From an uncultured Bacteroidota bacterium (GTDB lineage: Bacteria > Bacteroidota > Bacteroidia > Bacteroidales > FEN-979): a DNA stretch of 64,000 bases. The notes below the pieces were generated by a model. That model was not told where the DNA came from. It searched no databases and worked only from the letters and a program-made list of their open reading frames with translations. Shown piece by piece: positions 10,207-19,751 of the stretch. Location: positions 26,380-90,379 of the forward strand of contig CALMDO010000062.1 of assembly GCA_937862805.1 (NCBI GenBank), given 5' to 3'. Made by a program: the position numbers and the translations under genes. Each line of letters starts with the position of its first letter. Positions within the stretch are counted from its first letter, which is position 1.

Positions 10207-11018
10207 TGTTTCTTTACCTGATGGCAGCGCTCCTTTTTGGTGTTGTCCTGGCTTACTTCGTGTTGGAATACAGTTTTCTTGTTCCGGCCCCGAAAGGATT
10301 GCCGGTACTGATGTATCACAAGGTGTCGGAATCGGTTCCCGACGGGTTGACGGTCACCAGCGCCCAATTCGATCAGCAAATGCATTACCTCCGGAAAAAG
10401 GGATATCGCCCGCTTCATTTCAGCGACCTGATGCAGTTGGAGAAGTGCAAAGATCCTTTGCCCCGCGGGGCGATCGTAATTACCTTCGATGATGCTTATA
10501 CGAACTTTCGCGATCATGCGCTTCCGATATTGAAAAAGCATGGCTTTCCTGCGACCTTGTTCCTTCCCGTAGCATTTATCGGGAAGACCAATATCTGGGA
10601 CCGTGGCAGTGAACCCATCCTGGGAGCCGCTGACCTGAAAATGATGGCAAACAACGATCTGGTAGAAATGGGTCTTCATTCATTTCTGCACCGGAATTAC
10701 CGCGACATGGCACCTGAAGACATCGCCGAGGATCTGAAAAATTGCCGTGAAACGCTTAATTATTACGGAATTCCTTACTTTGGGGTGTTGGCTTATCCCT
10801 ATGGTGGTCACCCGGGAAAAGACCCCGACATGAGAAATCCCACAGCTATGTTATTTGAACAGGAGGGCATCAACTATGCCCTGCGCATCGGGAACCGGAT
10901 CAACCGATGGCCGTTCCGAAACAGGTATGAACTCTGCCGGATCGATGTCAGGGGGACAGATACCTTTTGCAAATTCAGAATAAAAGTTAAAAAAGGAAGG
11001 ACAAAACGCTTTGCCTGA
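10203..11018 (+). CDS. Polysaccharide deacetylase (NodB-homology) family protein
   Basis: N-terminal TM helix. ITFDDAYTNF and PATLFLP motifs of the NodB domain. 4-nt overlap with the upstream GT2. Confidence 0.75.
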   Translation: MMFLYLMAALLFGVVLAYFVLEYSFLVPAPKGLPVLMYHKVSESVPDGLTVTSAQFDQQMHYLRKKGYRPLHFSDLMQLEKCKDPLPRGAIVITFDDAYTNFRDHALPILKKHGFPATLFLPVAFIGKTNIWDRGSEPILGAADLKMMANNDLVEMGLHSFLHRNYRDMAPEDIAEDLKNCRETLNYYGIPYFGVLAYPYGGHPGKDPDMRNPTAMLFEQEGINYALRIGNRINRWPFRNRYELCRIDVRGTDTFCKFRIKVKKGRTKRFA

Positions 11019-12687
11019 ACAGCTCATTTCCCCTGCCTGGAAGAAGTTCTGGAGATATTATTACATCGCCTCCTTGTGTATTGTGATTGCTTCGCTGCCT
11101 TTTTCCAAATTCGGACTCAGCCTGGGGCAGTTCCTCCTTGCCGGGGGCTGGATTGTTGAACGGTTCGATCTGCAAAAGTTCAAATTTTGGTTGAACGGCC
11201 AATCTGCCCCGGGAAAAATCGTTGGCTTTTTACCACGGGCGATCGGACTGATCTTTCAGGGAATCGGCAAAGGATTTGCTCATTTTTTCCGGAATCCTTC
11301 GGCTGTTCTCTTCAGTTCGGTGTTGCTTTTTCACCTGCTGGGCCTCTTTTTTACCACTGATTTTGATTATGCTTATAAGGATCTTCGGACCAAACTCCCC
11401 CTTTTCCTGCTTCCTTTGTTTATCTCCACCTCCGAAGCTTTTAACAGAAAAGGATTTTACCGCCTGATGTTCCTTTTTCTCCTTGCAATTCTGGTCCGGT
11501 CGGTGTATAACACCGTTCTCATCCAAACAAATCATTATATTGATATCAGGGATGTTTCGCGCAATGTCTCGCACATCATTTTTGGGTTGCTTCTGTCAAC
11601 CGGGATATTCACGTTGCTATATTTTGCGTTAAAAAAGCAGTTTTTTCCCTTGAGTATCCGGATCGCCTTTCTGGCAATAATGGTATGGTTTATTATTTAT
11701 CTCGTTATATCACAATCTTTTACAGGAATAATCATTTCCATTTTGACCTTGATCTTTTTGATTCCTTTCCTGATCGTAAAAACACCAAAAAAGTGGCTCA
11801 AAATCACGTTGGGTACTCTTATTCTGGTGGTTTTGACAGGCACCTTCTTTTTTTTCCGGTCGCTGGTGAGGGATTACTATCATGTCAACCCGATCAATTG
11901 CAATACTTTGGAAAAGAACACTTCCAGGGGGAATCCATACCTTCATGATACCTATTCATCGACAGTTGAGAATGGAAATTACCTTTGGATTTACATTCAA
12001 TGGGATGAGCTCAGGGAATCGTGGAACAAACGCAGCCGGATACCTTTCGACAGCCTGGATAAAAGGAGGCAACCGGTTGCCTTCACAGTGATCCGGTTTC
12101 TGACCTCCAAGGGATGGAGAAAGGACGCCGATGCGATGGAACGTTTGACACGAGAGGAGATCGAGGCCATTGAAAAAGGGATGACCAATGTGGTTTTTCT
12201 CAAGAAATTAAGTATTCGTGGAAAGGTCTACGAGGTTTTACAAGGGTATGATATTTATCGTGAAACCGGGAATCCGACCGGTTCTACCCTGATGCAACGG
12301 TTTGAATTCTGGAAAGCTTCCGTGGGTTTGATCCGGCAGCATTGGCTGACCGGTGTCGGGACCGGTGACATGAACATCGCTTTCGGCCGGCAATACGAGA
12401 TCATGGATTCAAAACTGGCTCCCGATCAGCGATGGCGGTCGCACAACCAGTTTTTCTCCATTTTCGTCGGATTTGGAATTTTCGGCCTGATCTGGTTTCT
12501 GGCAGCCTTTTTCCTTCCTCCCTTCCTGAAAAAGTGGCAAGGTGATTATTTTATCATCATCCTGCTGGTCATAGCCACTTTGTCGATGATGACGGAAGAC
12601 ACCATTGAGTCGCAAACGGGGGTGATGTTTGTGACTTTTTTCTATTCTTTTTTTCTCTTTGGCCGAAAGGAACCCGACTTGTTGTAA
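11011..12687 (+). CDS. O-antigen ligase/polymerase (Wzy_C)-like polytopic membrane protein
   Basis: 558 aa with many TM helices and a large loop. SHNQFFSIFVGFGIFG segment resembles the Wzy_C region. Sits in a GT2/deacetylase operon. Confidence 0.6.
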   Translation: MPEQLISPAWKKFWRYYYIASLCIVIASLPFSKFGLSLGQFLLAGGWIVERFDLQKFKFWLNGQSAPGKIVGFLPRAIGLIFQGIGKGFAHFFRNPSAVLFSSVLLFHLLGLFFTTDFDYAYKDLRTKLPLFLLPLFISTSEAFNRKGFYRLMFLFLLAILVRSVYNTVLIQTNHYIDIRDVSRNVSHIIFGLLLSTGIFTLLYFALKKQFFPLSIRIAFLAIMVWFIIYLVISQSFTGIIISILTLIFLIPFLIVKTPKKWLKITLGTLILVVLTGTFFFFRSLVRDYYHVNPINCNTLEKNTSRGNPYLHDTYSSTVENGNYLWIYIQWDELRESWNKRSRIPFDSLDKRRQPVAFTVIRFLTSKGWRKDADAMERLTREEIEAIEKGMTNVVFLKKLSIRGKVYEVLQGYDIYRETGNPTGSTLMQRFEFWKASVGLIRQHWLTGVGTGDMNIAFGRQYEIMDSKLAPDQRWRSHNQFFSIFVGFGIFGLIWFLAAFFLPPFLKKWQGDYFIIILLVIATLSMMTEDTIESQTGVMFVTFFYSFFLFGRKEPDLL

Positions 12688-12690
12688 ATC

Positions 12691-13320
12691 TCAGGGAAAG
12701 CAGATGCCGATTTTGAAACCGGCGAAATGGAGCGGGACTTTGTAATCCACGGCTGTTTTTTTCTGGTAAGTTCCCGTGTCGGACTCTATATCATTGATTC
12801 TGAAATAAGTGGACTCGACAGCCTGGTACCGGTAGAAAATTTCGTAAAGAAAACGAAGTTTTTTTGAGATCCGCATCTGGTAGCCCACACCGATGCTCAT
12901 GCCAAAGGCACCGCTTCCCTGCTCATAAAAATTTGTCGAATAACGGGTACCGAACCCATAGCCCAGGTATATATTGGCAAAAAAACTATTTGCGGTGGGT
13001 TTCAGGGCATAGCCCAGATAGGCGTACACCGGCCAGAAAAGCCCGTTCTGCCATTTTTCAACTCCGATACTCACTCCTACAGTCACCCGGTCAAGGTATT
13101 TTACCCCGTTGATGGTCTGGAGGGAAACCACGATCTCATCATTGCGTGCTTTTTTTTGAATCCCATTGACGACATTGGTTTTAAATGATCCTATACCAAA
13201 AGCAACACCCCCTTCTGTTTTATTGAAAAAGACAAGGGATTTGTCGGTAGTGCTTGTCTGGGCGGTGCCTTCAGCGAACAAGACCCAAACAAGGAACGAT
13301 ATAAGGATGATGTTTTTCAC
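12691..13320 (-). CDS. Hypothetical outer-membrane beta-barrel-like protein
   Basis: Signal peptide MKNIILISFLVWVLFAEGTAQ. Alternating hydrophobic/aromatic, Gly/Tyr-rich strands. Confidence 0.5.
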   Translation of the reverse strand: MKNIILISFLVWVLFAEGTAQTSTTDKSLVFFNKTEGGVAFGIGSFKTNVVNGIQKKARNDEIVVSLQTINGVKYLDRVTVGVSIGVEKWQNGLFWPVYAYLGYALKPTANSFFANIYLGYGFGTRYSTNFYEQGSGAFGMSIGVGYQMRISKKLRFLYEIFYRYQAVESTYFRINDIESDTGTYQKKTAVDYKVPLHFAGFKIGICFP

Positions 13321-13404
13321 AATGATCTGATATGAATGATAAAGTTACCAAGTTTAAATCAAAAACAAGTAACTTGCATCACAATAATTTTTAAGACCCG
13401 TACC

Positions 13405-14370
13405 ATGACTGAAATCCTGCCGATCTCTCCTCAGAAATGGCTTGTGGTGGTCAATCCCAATGCCGGCAATAAGAAGGGAGAAAAAGAGTGGCCCCGGATT
13501 TGCCGTTATCTCCAACAACAGGGTTTTGACACCCAATGTGTTTTTACTACCGGTCGCAACCACGCCATTTCCCTGACCAGTGAACATATTAAGGAGGGCT
13601 ACCGCAACATTGCCGTGGTCGGTGGCGACGGTACCCTGAATGAAGTTTTGAATGGCATTTTTCTGCAACAAGCAGTACACCCGACTGACATTTTACTTGG
13701 AATGATACCGGTTGGAACGGGGAATGACTGGTGCCGGATGTTCGCTATTCCCTTTGACTATAAGAAAGCGGTGAACGTTTTACGGCAAAAGCGTCCTTTC
13801 ATTCAGGATGTGGGGAAGGTAAGTTATTATAAACATGATCAGCTCCAAATCCGTTACTTCATGAACGTGGCCGGAATGGGTTATGATGCCTTGGTAGCAA
13901 AAAGAACCAACTTGCTCAAAGAACAGGGGAAAGGAAACCCGTTGGCCTACCTCTATTTTGTTTTTGCCAGCCTGTTTCAGTATAAATTCGCTGAAGGCGT
14001 TATAGAAATGGACAACAATATCATTTTCAGAGGCGAAATTTTTTCCATGAATGCCGGCATTTGCAGGTTCAGCGGAGGAGGGATGAAACAGGTGCCGAAT
14101 GCCATTCCTGACGACGGGCTTTTTGATTTCACCCTGATCCGGAAGGCTACCAAATGGATGGTGGTCAGGTATGCCAATCGCTTGTATAGCGGGAAGCTGG
14201 CCGATATTCCGATCGTGAGTATGCACCAGGGAAAGACGATCAGAATTCGTTCGACGGGGAGGATCTATTTAGAAGCCGACGGGGAGTCGTTGGGACATAC
14301 CCCTTTTGTTTACGAGATCATTCCCCGGAGCCTGAAAGTAATCGTAGGGCCGGAATTCACCAACCGGTAA
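13405..14370 (+). CDS. Diacylglycerol/lipid kinase family (YegS/BmrU-like)
   Basis: VVVNPNAGNKKG, VVGGDGTLNEV and PVGTGNDW motifs. Start trimmed to the ATG at 13405. Confidence 0.8.
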   Translation: MTEILPISPQKWLVVVNPNAGNKKGEKEWPRICRYLQQQGFDTQCVFTTGRNHAISLTSEHIKEGYRNIAVVGGDGTLNEVLNGIFLQQAVHPTDILLGMIPVGTGNDWCRMFAIPFDYKKAVNVLRQKRPFIQDVGKVSYYKHDQLQIRYFMNVAGMGYDALVAKRTNLLKEQGKGNPLAYLYFVFASLFQYKFAEGVIEMDNNIIFRGEIFSMNAGICRFSGGGMKQVPNAIPDDGLFDFTLIRKATKWMVVRYANRLYSGKLADIPIVSMHQGKTIRIRSTGRIYLEADGESLGHTPFVYEIIPRSLKVIVGPEFTNR

Positions 14371-14404
14371 GTTGAGCGTATTTAAAACTGAGGATTCCCT
14401 TTTG

Positions 14405-15577
14405 TCAGGGATCGATCCAGTCGCCTTGTTCCCGGATCAGGCGGATCAGTTCTTCCACTGCGATGGCTTCATCAATATCTTTTTTAACCGCCTCCTGTTT
14501 TTTGTAAAGGATCACTTTGCCTTTACCTGCTCCCACGTAACCGTAATCGGCGTCGGCCATTTCTCCGGGACCATTGACGATGCAACCCATCACGGCGATT
14601 TTAAGTCCTTTGAGATGCCGTGTATGTTCCCTGATTTTCACAACAGTTTCCTGGATGTTGAAAAGGGTGCGGGCACAGGAGGGACAGGAGATGTATTCGG
14701 TTTGGCTGATCCGGGCTCCGGCTGCCTGAAGGATGTCGTAGGCTACCGGGATTTCCAATTCAGGATCTTCGGTCAGGGAGACCCGGATGGTGTCGCCAAT
14801 CCCGTCGGCCAGAAGGCTGCCAATCCCCACGGCCGACTTAATCCGCCCTGACTCACCCCATCCCGCTTCTGTTACTCCCAGGTGGAGGGGGTAATTCATG
14901 CCGCTCCGTTCCATTGCTTTCACCAACATCCTGTTGGCCCGGATCATAACCTTAGGATTGCTGGCTTTGAGGGCCACCACCAGGTCGGTAAAACCGATGC
15001 TTTCGAAGATGCGAAGGTATTCCATGACCGATTCCACCATGCCTTCAGGGGTATCCCCATACCGTGCGAGGATGCGTTGTGACAGGGAGCCGTGGTTGCT
15101 GCCGATGCGCAGAACAGTCCCATGGTCACGGCAGATCTTTATGAGGGGTTTTAATTGTCCGGCCACCATTTCACCAAACGCATCATCCTGCAAATCGGAA
15201 GATGCATCGGGTTGCGATGCTAAACGGGTATAATTGCCCGGGTTGATCCTCACTTTTTCCACTATTGAAGCTGCCACTTCTGCCACTTTCGGGTTGAAAT
15301 GTACATCGGCGATCAGGGGGATTTTGTATCCCCGGGTCAACAATATTTTTTTGATGTTCCGGAGGTTTTCAGCTTCCCTGATCCCCGGGGTCGAGATACG
15401 GGCATACTCACATCCCGCATCAGCCATCCGGATTATCTGGTCGACCGTGGCCATGGTGTCAAGGGTATTGGTATTGGTCATCGATTGAACCCTGATGGGA
15501 TAATCACCCCCCATAGGGAGTGTTCCAATGTTGACAACACGGGTTTTATGACGGGCATAGGGAATGGGTCGTTCCAT
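14405..15577 (-). CDS. ispG: 4-hydroxy-3-methylbut-2-en-1-yl diphosphate synthase
   Basis: 390 aa. VQSMTNT, TEAG, and the C-terminal Cys triad (SCPSCART...MGCIVNGPGE) for the 4Fe-4S cluster. Confidence 0.9.
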   Translation of the reverse strand: MERPIPYARHKTRVVNIGTLPMGGDYPIRVQSMTNTNTLDTMATVDQIIRMADAGCEYARISTPGIREAENLRNIKKILLTRGYKIPLIADVHFNPKVAEVAASIVEKVRINPGNYTRLASQPDASSDLQDDAFGEMVAGQLKPLIKICRDHGTVLRIGSNHGSLSQRILARYGDTPEGMVESVMEYLRIFESIGFTDLVVALKASNPKVMIRANRMLVKAMERSGMNYPLHLGVTEAGWGESGRIKSAVGIGSLLADGIGDTIRVSLTEDPELEIPVAYDILQAAGARISQTEYISCPSCARTLFNIQETVVKIREHTRHLKGLKIAVMGCIVNGPGEMADADYGYVGAGKGKVILYKKQEAVKKDIDEAIAVEELIRLIREQGDWIDP

Positions 15578-15589
15578 GGGTTTTTATGA

Positions 15590-16303
15590 TCAATGAAGTC
15601 CTTTGACTCGTGGTTTTCCGGCTACGAAATCCTTCAGGTAAAAGGGTTCAAAATAGGCAATGTTTTCGAACAACCGTTTAGCAAAGCGCTCTTCGGCAAG
15701 GGGTACCAGGTATTCTGCTGCAGCGGTAAAAACATCGGGAAAGACTGCATTCGGGTGGTCACCGAACAGTGCTTTGCATTTGGAAGCGCCACTGCCCGCG
15801 AACCATACCTTGTTGCCGTACAATTCAGCGTTGTAACTGTCGGCTTCGAGGATCCGGGCTTCCGTCTCCCTGAGCAGGTTTAACCGGCTGTCGAAAAGCG
15901 CAGTATAGACCTCCATTCTGCGGGCGTCAATCATCGGGCAGAGGAGTACCGGAAGGGCCGGGGAGGAGCCGGACGGGGGCAGCAGTGATTTCATTCCATG
16001 GGCCAGCGCCTCCAGGGTAGGAACGGCGATCAGCGGTTTATCCAGTGAATAACAAAGACCTTTGGCAACCGAAACACCAATACGGATTCCGGTGTAAGAA
16101 CCGGGGCCTTTGCTTACTGCCACCGCGTCGAGATCTGAAAGGGAAAAACCTGCGCGTTCCATCATCCTGCCGATGAAAACCGTCAACAGCGAAGAATGTA
16201 CGTTGGGTTCGGAAGATTTTTCAGAAGATAAAATGACGCTGTTGTCAGACAGGGCAACAGAACAAACTTCGGTAGCGGTTTCCAGACACAGGATCAGGGC
16301 CAT
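15590..16303 (-). CDS. tsaB: tRNA t6A biosynthesis protein TsaB
   Basis: MALILCLETATEVCSVAL...VSKGPGSYTGIRIG is typical of TsaB/YeaZ. Confidence 0.85.
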   Translation of the reverse strand: MALILCLETATEVCSVALSDNSVILSSEKSSEPNVHSSLLTVFIGRMMERAGFSLSDLDAVAVSKGPGSYTGIRIGVSVAKGLCYSLDKPLIAVPTLEALAHGMKSLLPPSGSSPALPVLLCPMIDARRMEVYTALFDSRLNLLRETEARILEADSYNAELYGNKVWFAGSGASKCKALFGDHPNAVFPDVFTAAAEYLVPLAEERFAKRLFENIAYFEPFYLKDFVAGKPRVKGLH

Positions 16304-16306
16304 GCC

Positions 16307-17686
16307 TTATTTTTCCTTGGTGAAAAGGTCTTTTTTGTCTACTTTCTTTACCTTATCGCCATCTTTCAGGGTTTTTGATACCACCGTATAAGGCGATGCA
16401 ATGATCTCTTCGCCCAATTTCAGTCCGGAAAGGATTTCGATGTAGGTATTGTCCTGGATACCGGTCTTGACATTCACTTTTTTTGCGGTTTCTTTGTTCA
16501 ACAGGAACACGCATTCCTGAATTTTCCCGCTTTTTTTCTGGGAGGAGACAAATTCGACGTCGTTTTCATCTCCCTCAGTTTTATTCTTTTTCTTTTCTGC
16601 CAGTTTTTCGAGGCTGTCGCGATCCACTCTTGTCGTTACTGCCTGAATCGGAACGGTAAGCACATTTTCAGCTACTTCGGTTTGAATATCGACCGTGCAG
16701 GACATTCCCGGTCTGAAAGGAGAGAAATCAGGGCTTTTGCCGGCCAGGAGGTCTTTGTAGGAGTCTTTCAGGATATGAATTTTGACGTTGAAATTGGTAA
16801 CCTGGTCGACACTTACCCCGGTGGTATTGGCGGAAGTAGCGATTTCGGTTACGACTCCTTTGAATTTGCGGTTAAGGTAAGCATCAATTTCGATCAGCGC
16901 CGTATCGCCGAGGGAAACCCTCACAATATCGTTTTCATTGACCAGTACCTGGGCCTCCATGGCATTGAGGTTGGCGATGCGCATAATCTCTGTACCGCTT
17001 GAAAATTGTGATGCCCCTGTAACCCGTTCCCCTTTAAGGACATTAAGTTTGGAGACGGTACCCTCGTTGGGGGAGAAAATGGCCGTACGGGTGAGATCTT
17101 CTTTTGATCGTTTCAAAGCCGCTTCCGAGCTTTTAACCATGAATTCGGCTGCTTTGATGTCTTCTTCTGACGCTGAAACCTGTGCCTGGGCAACCTGGTA
17201 CGATGACTTGGCCTGGTCGAAATCGGCTTTGGAAATCACGTTCTCGCGGAAGAGTTTTTCCTGTCGCTCGAAGGTGAGCCGTGAATTCTCGAACTGTGCT
17301 TTCATCTGCACCAGCCGCGCCCGTGAATTGGCCAGGTTGGCTTTCTGGGTGTTCAGGGCCGCCTCGCTTTGATCAAACTGTGAAACATAAATTTCAGGGT
17401 CGATTTTGGCCAAAAGGTCTCCCTCTTTCACCTGATCTCCTTCTTTAACGTAGAGTTCCACTACTTCGCCGGAGATATAGGGACTGATTTTTATATCTTT
17501 CTCAGGTTGTATCTTCCCGTTGGATGAAACGGTCTGGATGATCGTCCGTTTTGTTACTTTTTCCGTCGATACCTTGATTCCCTCTTCATTTTTCCCTTTA
17601 ATAACGGCGACGATCACGATAAGGATCACTATCACTGCTGCAGCAAGGATGATCCAAAGTTTTTTCCTGGATTTTTTAATGGACAT
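16307..17686 (-). CDS. Efflux periplasmic adaptor (HlyD/MacA-type membrane fusion protein)
   Basis: N-terminal TM anchor, lipoyl-like hairpin (SGEVVELYVKEGDQVKEGDLLAKID), long coiled coil, beta-barrel domain. Confidence 0.85.
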   Translation of the reverse strand: MSIKKSRKKLWIILAAAVIVILIVIVAVIKGKNEEGIKVSTEKVTKRTIIQTVSSNGKIQPEKDIKISPYISGEVVELYVKEGDQVKEGDLLAKIDPEIYVSQFDQSEAALNTQKANLANSRARLVQMKAQFENSRLTFERQEKLFRENVISKADFDQAKSSYQVAQAQVSASEEDIKAAEFMVKSSEAALKRSKEDLTRTAIFSPNEGTVSKLNVLKGERVTGASQFSSGTEIMRIANLNAMEAQVLVNENDIVRVSLGDTALIEIDAYLNRKFKGVVTEIATSANTTGVSVDQVTNFNVKIHILKDSYKDLLAGKSPDFSPFRPGMSCTVDIQTEVAENVLTVPIQAVTTRVDRDSLEKLAEKKKNKTEGDENDVEFVSSQKKSGKIQECVFLLNKETAKKVNVKTGIQDNTYIEILSGLKLGEEIIASPYTVVSKTLKDGDKVKKVDKKDLFTKEK

Positions 17687-17707
17687 GGATGATAGTTTTA
17701 ACGCGTT

Positions 17708-19162
17708 TTATTCCCGGTTTATTCGAATGGGGTTTCCCATATAGAAATCGAGGATGGTTGTTTTGAAGATGAAGTCATACTTTGCCTGAAGGAGGTCGGA
17801 TTGGGCTTTGGTAAGATCTTTCTTACTGTTGTTGTAGTCGAAGGAGGTCATCATTCCCACATCGAATTTTTGCTGGGTATATTTGAAAGATTCTTCCTGG
17901 GCTGTGACTTTTTCTTCGGAGGAGTTGAATTTCTGCAAAGAGGCAACGGCGTCGGCATAAGCTTGTTCAATGATCTTACGCAGGTCTCTTTTCTTGATAT
18001 CGAGGTCCAGTTCAGCTTGCGAGTGGCCGATCTTGGCCTGGCTGATGGCTGTACGGCTTGACCAGCCGTTGAAGATCGGGATGCTGAGATAGAACCCGAT
18101 GGATTGGTTTTCGTTTTGTTTGAGCTGGTCGTTGAAGGAGGTCACCCGTGAACCGTAGCTCCAGGAATAGCCCATGACTGTGTCTCTCGACATCTGGGTG
18201 ATTCCGATTTTCTGCATCTTTACCACAGGGGCTACGTCGGGGTCGATTTCCCTGGCAGCTCCTGAATAACCGGTTCCCCACGATCCACCGAAGGTAAGGT
18301 TGGGATAGAGCGTTCCCCGCGCGATGGCCAGGGTTTTTTGTGCCGATTTAACCCGCATTTCTGCTGCCTGGATCTCCGGTCTGGCTTTCAGGGCGTGTTC
18401 GTAAACCACCTCAGGCGTTATATTGTCTTTAGGAGCTTCGACCTGTTTCAGCGCGGGTTTTTCAATTTGAAAGTCGCGGGTGACTTCGAGGTCGATCAAT
18501 TGTTGCAGCGACAAGTTGGAGATGTTCAGCCGGTTATTAGCTTCCACCAGGGCCAGCTCCTCAGCGGCTTTCTGGGCTTGAATGTTGAGTAAATCACCTT
18601 TGGCGGAGGCTCCGGCTTCAACCATTTTCTGAATCCTGTCAACCTGGGAGGTCGTAATGGCAAGTTGTTCCCTGGCTACCTGTTGCAATTCACGATTAAA
18701 GAGGATATCAAGGTAATAACCGGCTACTGTCAGAGAGATGCTGTTTTTAAGGACATCAAGGTCGTACTTACTCGCAAGGACATTGATCTGATTCTTCTTT
18801 AAAGTGTTTATTTTCTGAAGCCCGTTGAACAGGGTGACGCCCGTCTGGATATAGAAGTTGTTGGAACGAACAGTGCTGGTTGCAAAGGTATTGGTGTATT
18901 GGTCAATGGTTTGCCCGAAATTCCAAACATTCGTGCCATTGGCATTCAGGTTGGGAAGCATGTTGAGGGCGCTTTGCAACAAGTTTTTTTTGTTCGATTC
19001 AACCTGGAGGATTTGTTTTTGGATATCGAGGTTGTTCTCCAGGGCATAATTGATGCAATCCTCCAGTGTCCATATCTTCTGGGCCCGGGCTTCATGCCCT
19101 CCGAACAAGATCGCCAAAAAGATCAGGGCCGGCGGCCATAAAAGCAATCGATTTAAAAACAT
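17708..19162 (-). CDS. TolC-family outer membrane efflux protein
   Basis: 484 aa. Signal peptide and duplicated OEP repeats (LEDCINYALENNLDIQ...). Confidence 0.85.
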   Translation of the reverse strand: MFLNRLLLWPPALIFLAILFGGHEARAQKIWTLEDCINYALENNLDIQKQILQVESNKKNLLQSALNMLPNLNANGTNVWNFGQTIDQYTNTFATSTVRSNNFYIQTGVTLFNGLQKINTLKKNQINVLASKYDLDVLKNSISLTVAGYYLDILFNRELQQVAREQLAITTSQVDRIQKMVEAGASAKGDLLNIQAQKAAEELALVEANNRLNISNLSLQQLIDLEVTRDFQIEKPALKQVEAPKDNITPEVVYEHALKARPEIQAAEMRVKSAQKTLAIARGTLYPNLTFGGSWGTGYSGAAREIDPDVAPVVKMQKIGITQMSRDTVMGYSWSYGSRVTSFNDQLKQNENQSIGFYLSIPIFNGWSSRTAISQAKIGHSQAELDLDIKKRDLRKIIEQAYADAVASLQKFNSSEEKVTAQEESFKYTQQKFDVGMMTSFDYNNSKKDLTKAQSDLLQAKYDFIFKTTILDFYMGNPIRINRE

Positions 19163-19279
19163 AGCAAGGATTTTTTCAAGGGTTGGTAACTTTATTTACC
19201 GCTTCAAATGTAACGATTTTAACCATCGGAGATCATTAAGACGTGCAAAACGTGATTTGGTTACAAAGGCACAATGAAC

Positions 19280-19287
19280 TATATTTG
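19280..19287 (+). promoter_or_regulatory. Candidate -7 promoter box (TATATTTG)
   Basis: Matches TAnnTTTG, 27 nt upstream of the ATG at 19315. Confidence 0.4.
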
Positions 19288-19314
19288 CTATAAATAATTC
19301 AAAATTGTTGACCC

Positions 19315-19683
19315 ATGAAAACAAAACTACTTTTAATCATCCCCTTGTTTCTGTTTGCAGGATTGATCACGCTCCCATCCTGCAACACCCCGGAGCCGGC
19401 CACCGGCAACCTGTTCGTTACTGTTTATAATCCCGGGACAGGTTCTCTGGTGGTCAATGAACAGGTTTACCTGGCAACCAGCTATTACAACCTTACCCAT
19501 GGTATTTATTTACGTACGGCATGGACAAATATTGCGGGACAAGTTTATTTTGGTGAGCTGGACCCGGGTTATTATTACTATGACACCGAACACTGGGAAG
19601 ATTATGGCGGTACCCTCCTTTATGCAGGTTTTGATTTTTACGTTCACCTGTATGTAAATACTCCGGGGGTCTCCCAAAAGTGA
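19315..19683 (+). CDS. Hypothetical small lipoprotein
   Basis: Leader MKTKLLLIIPLFLFAGLITLPSC with lipobox Cys. Tyr/Gly-rich beta-type sequence. No family recognised. Confidence 0.5.
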   Translation: MKTKLLLIIPLFLFAGLITLPSCNTPEPATGNLFVTVYNPGTGSLVVNEQVYLATSYYNLTHGIYLRTAWTNIAGQVYFGELDPGYYYYDTEHWEDYGGTLLYAGFDFYVHLYVNTPGVSQK

Positions 19684-19751
19684 CATTTTCACGTTTCAGA
19701 ATTTATTGCTAATTTCGCAGGTCGATTTTAAGAAATAAGCTGTCCATTACC

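Noticed and set aside
14405-15577. IspG of only 390 aa, whereas I recalled many Bacteroidota IspG proteins carrying a large insert domain
   Set aside because: The short form is the standard bacterial architecture, and my recollection of lineage distribution is not firm enough to call it anomalous.
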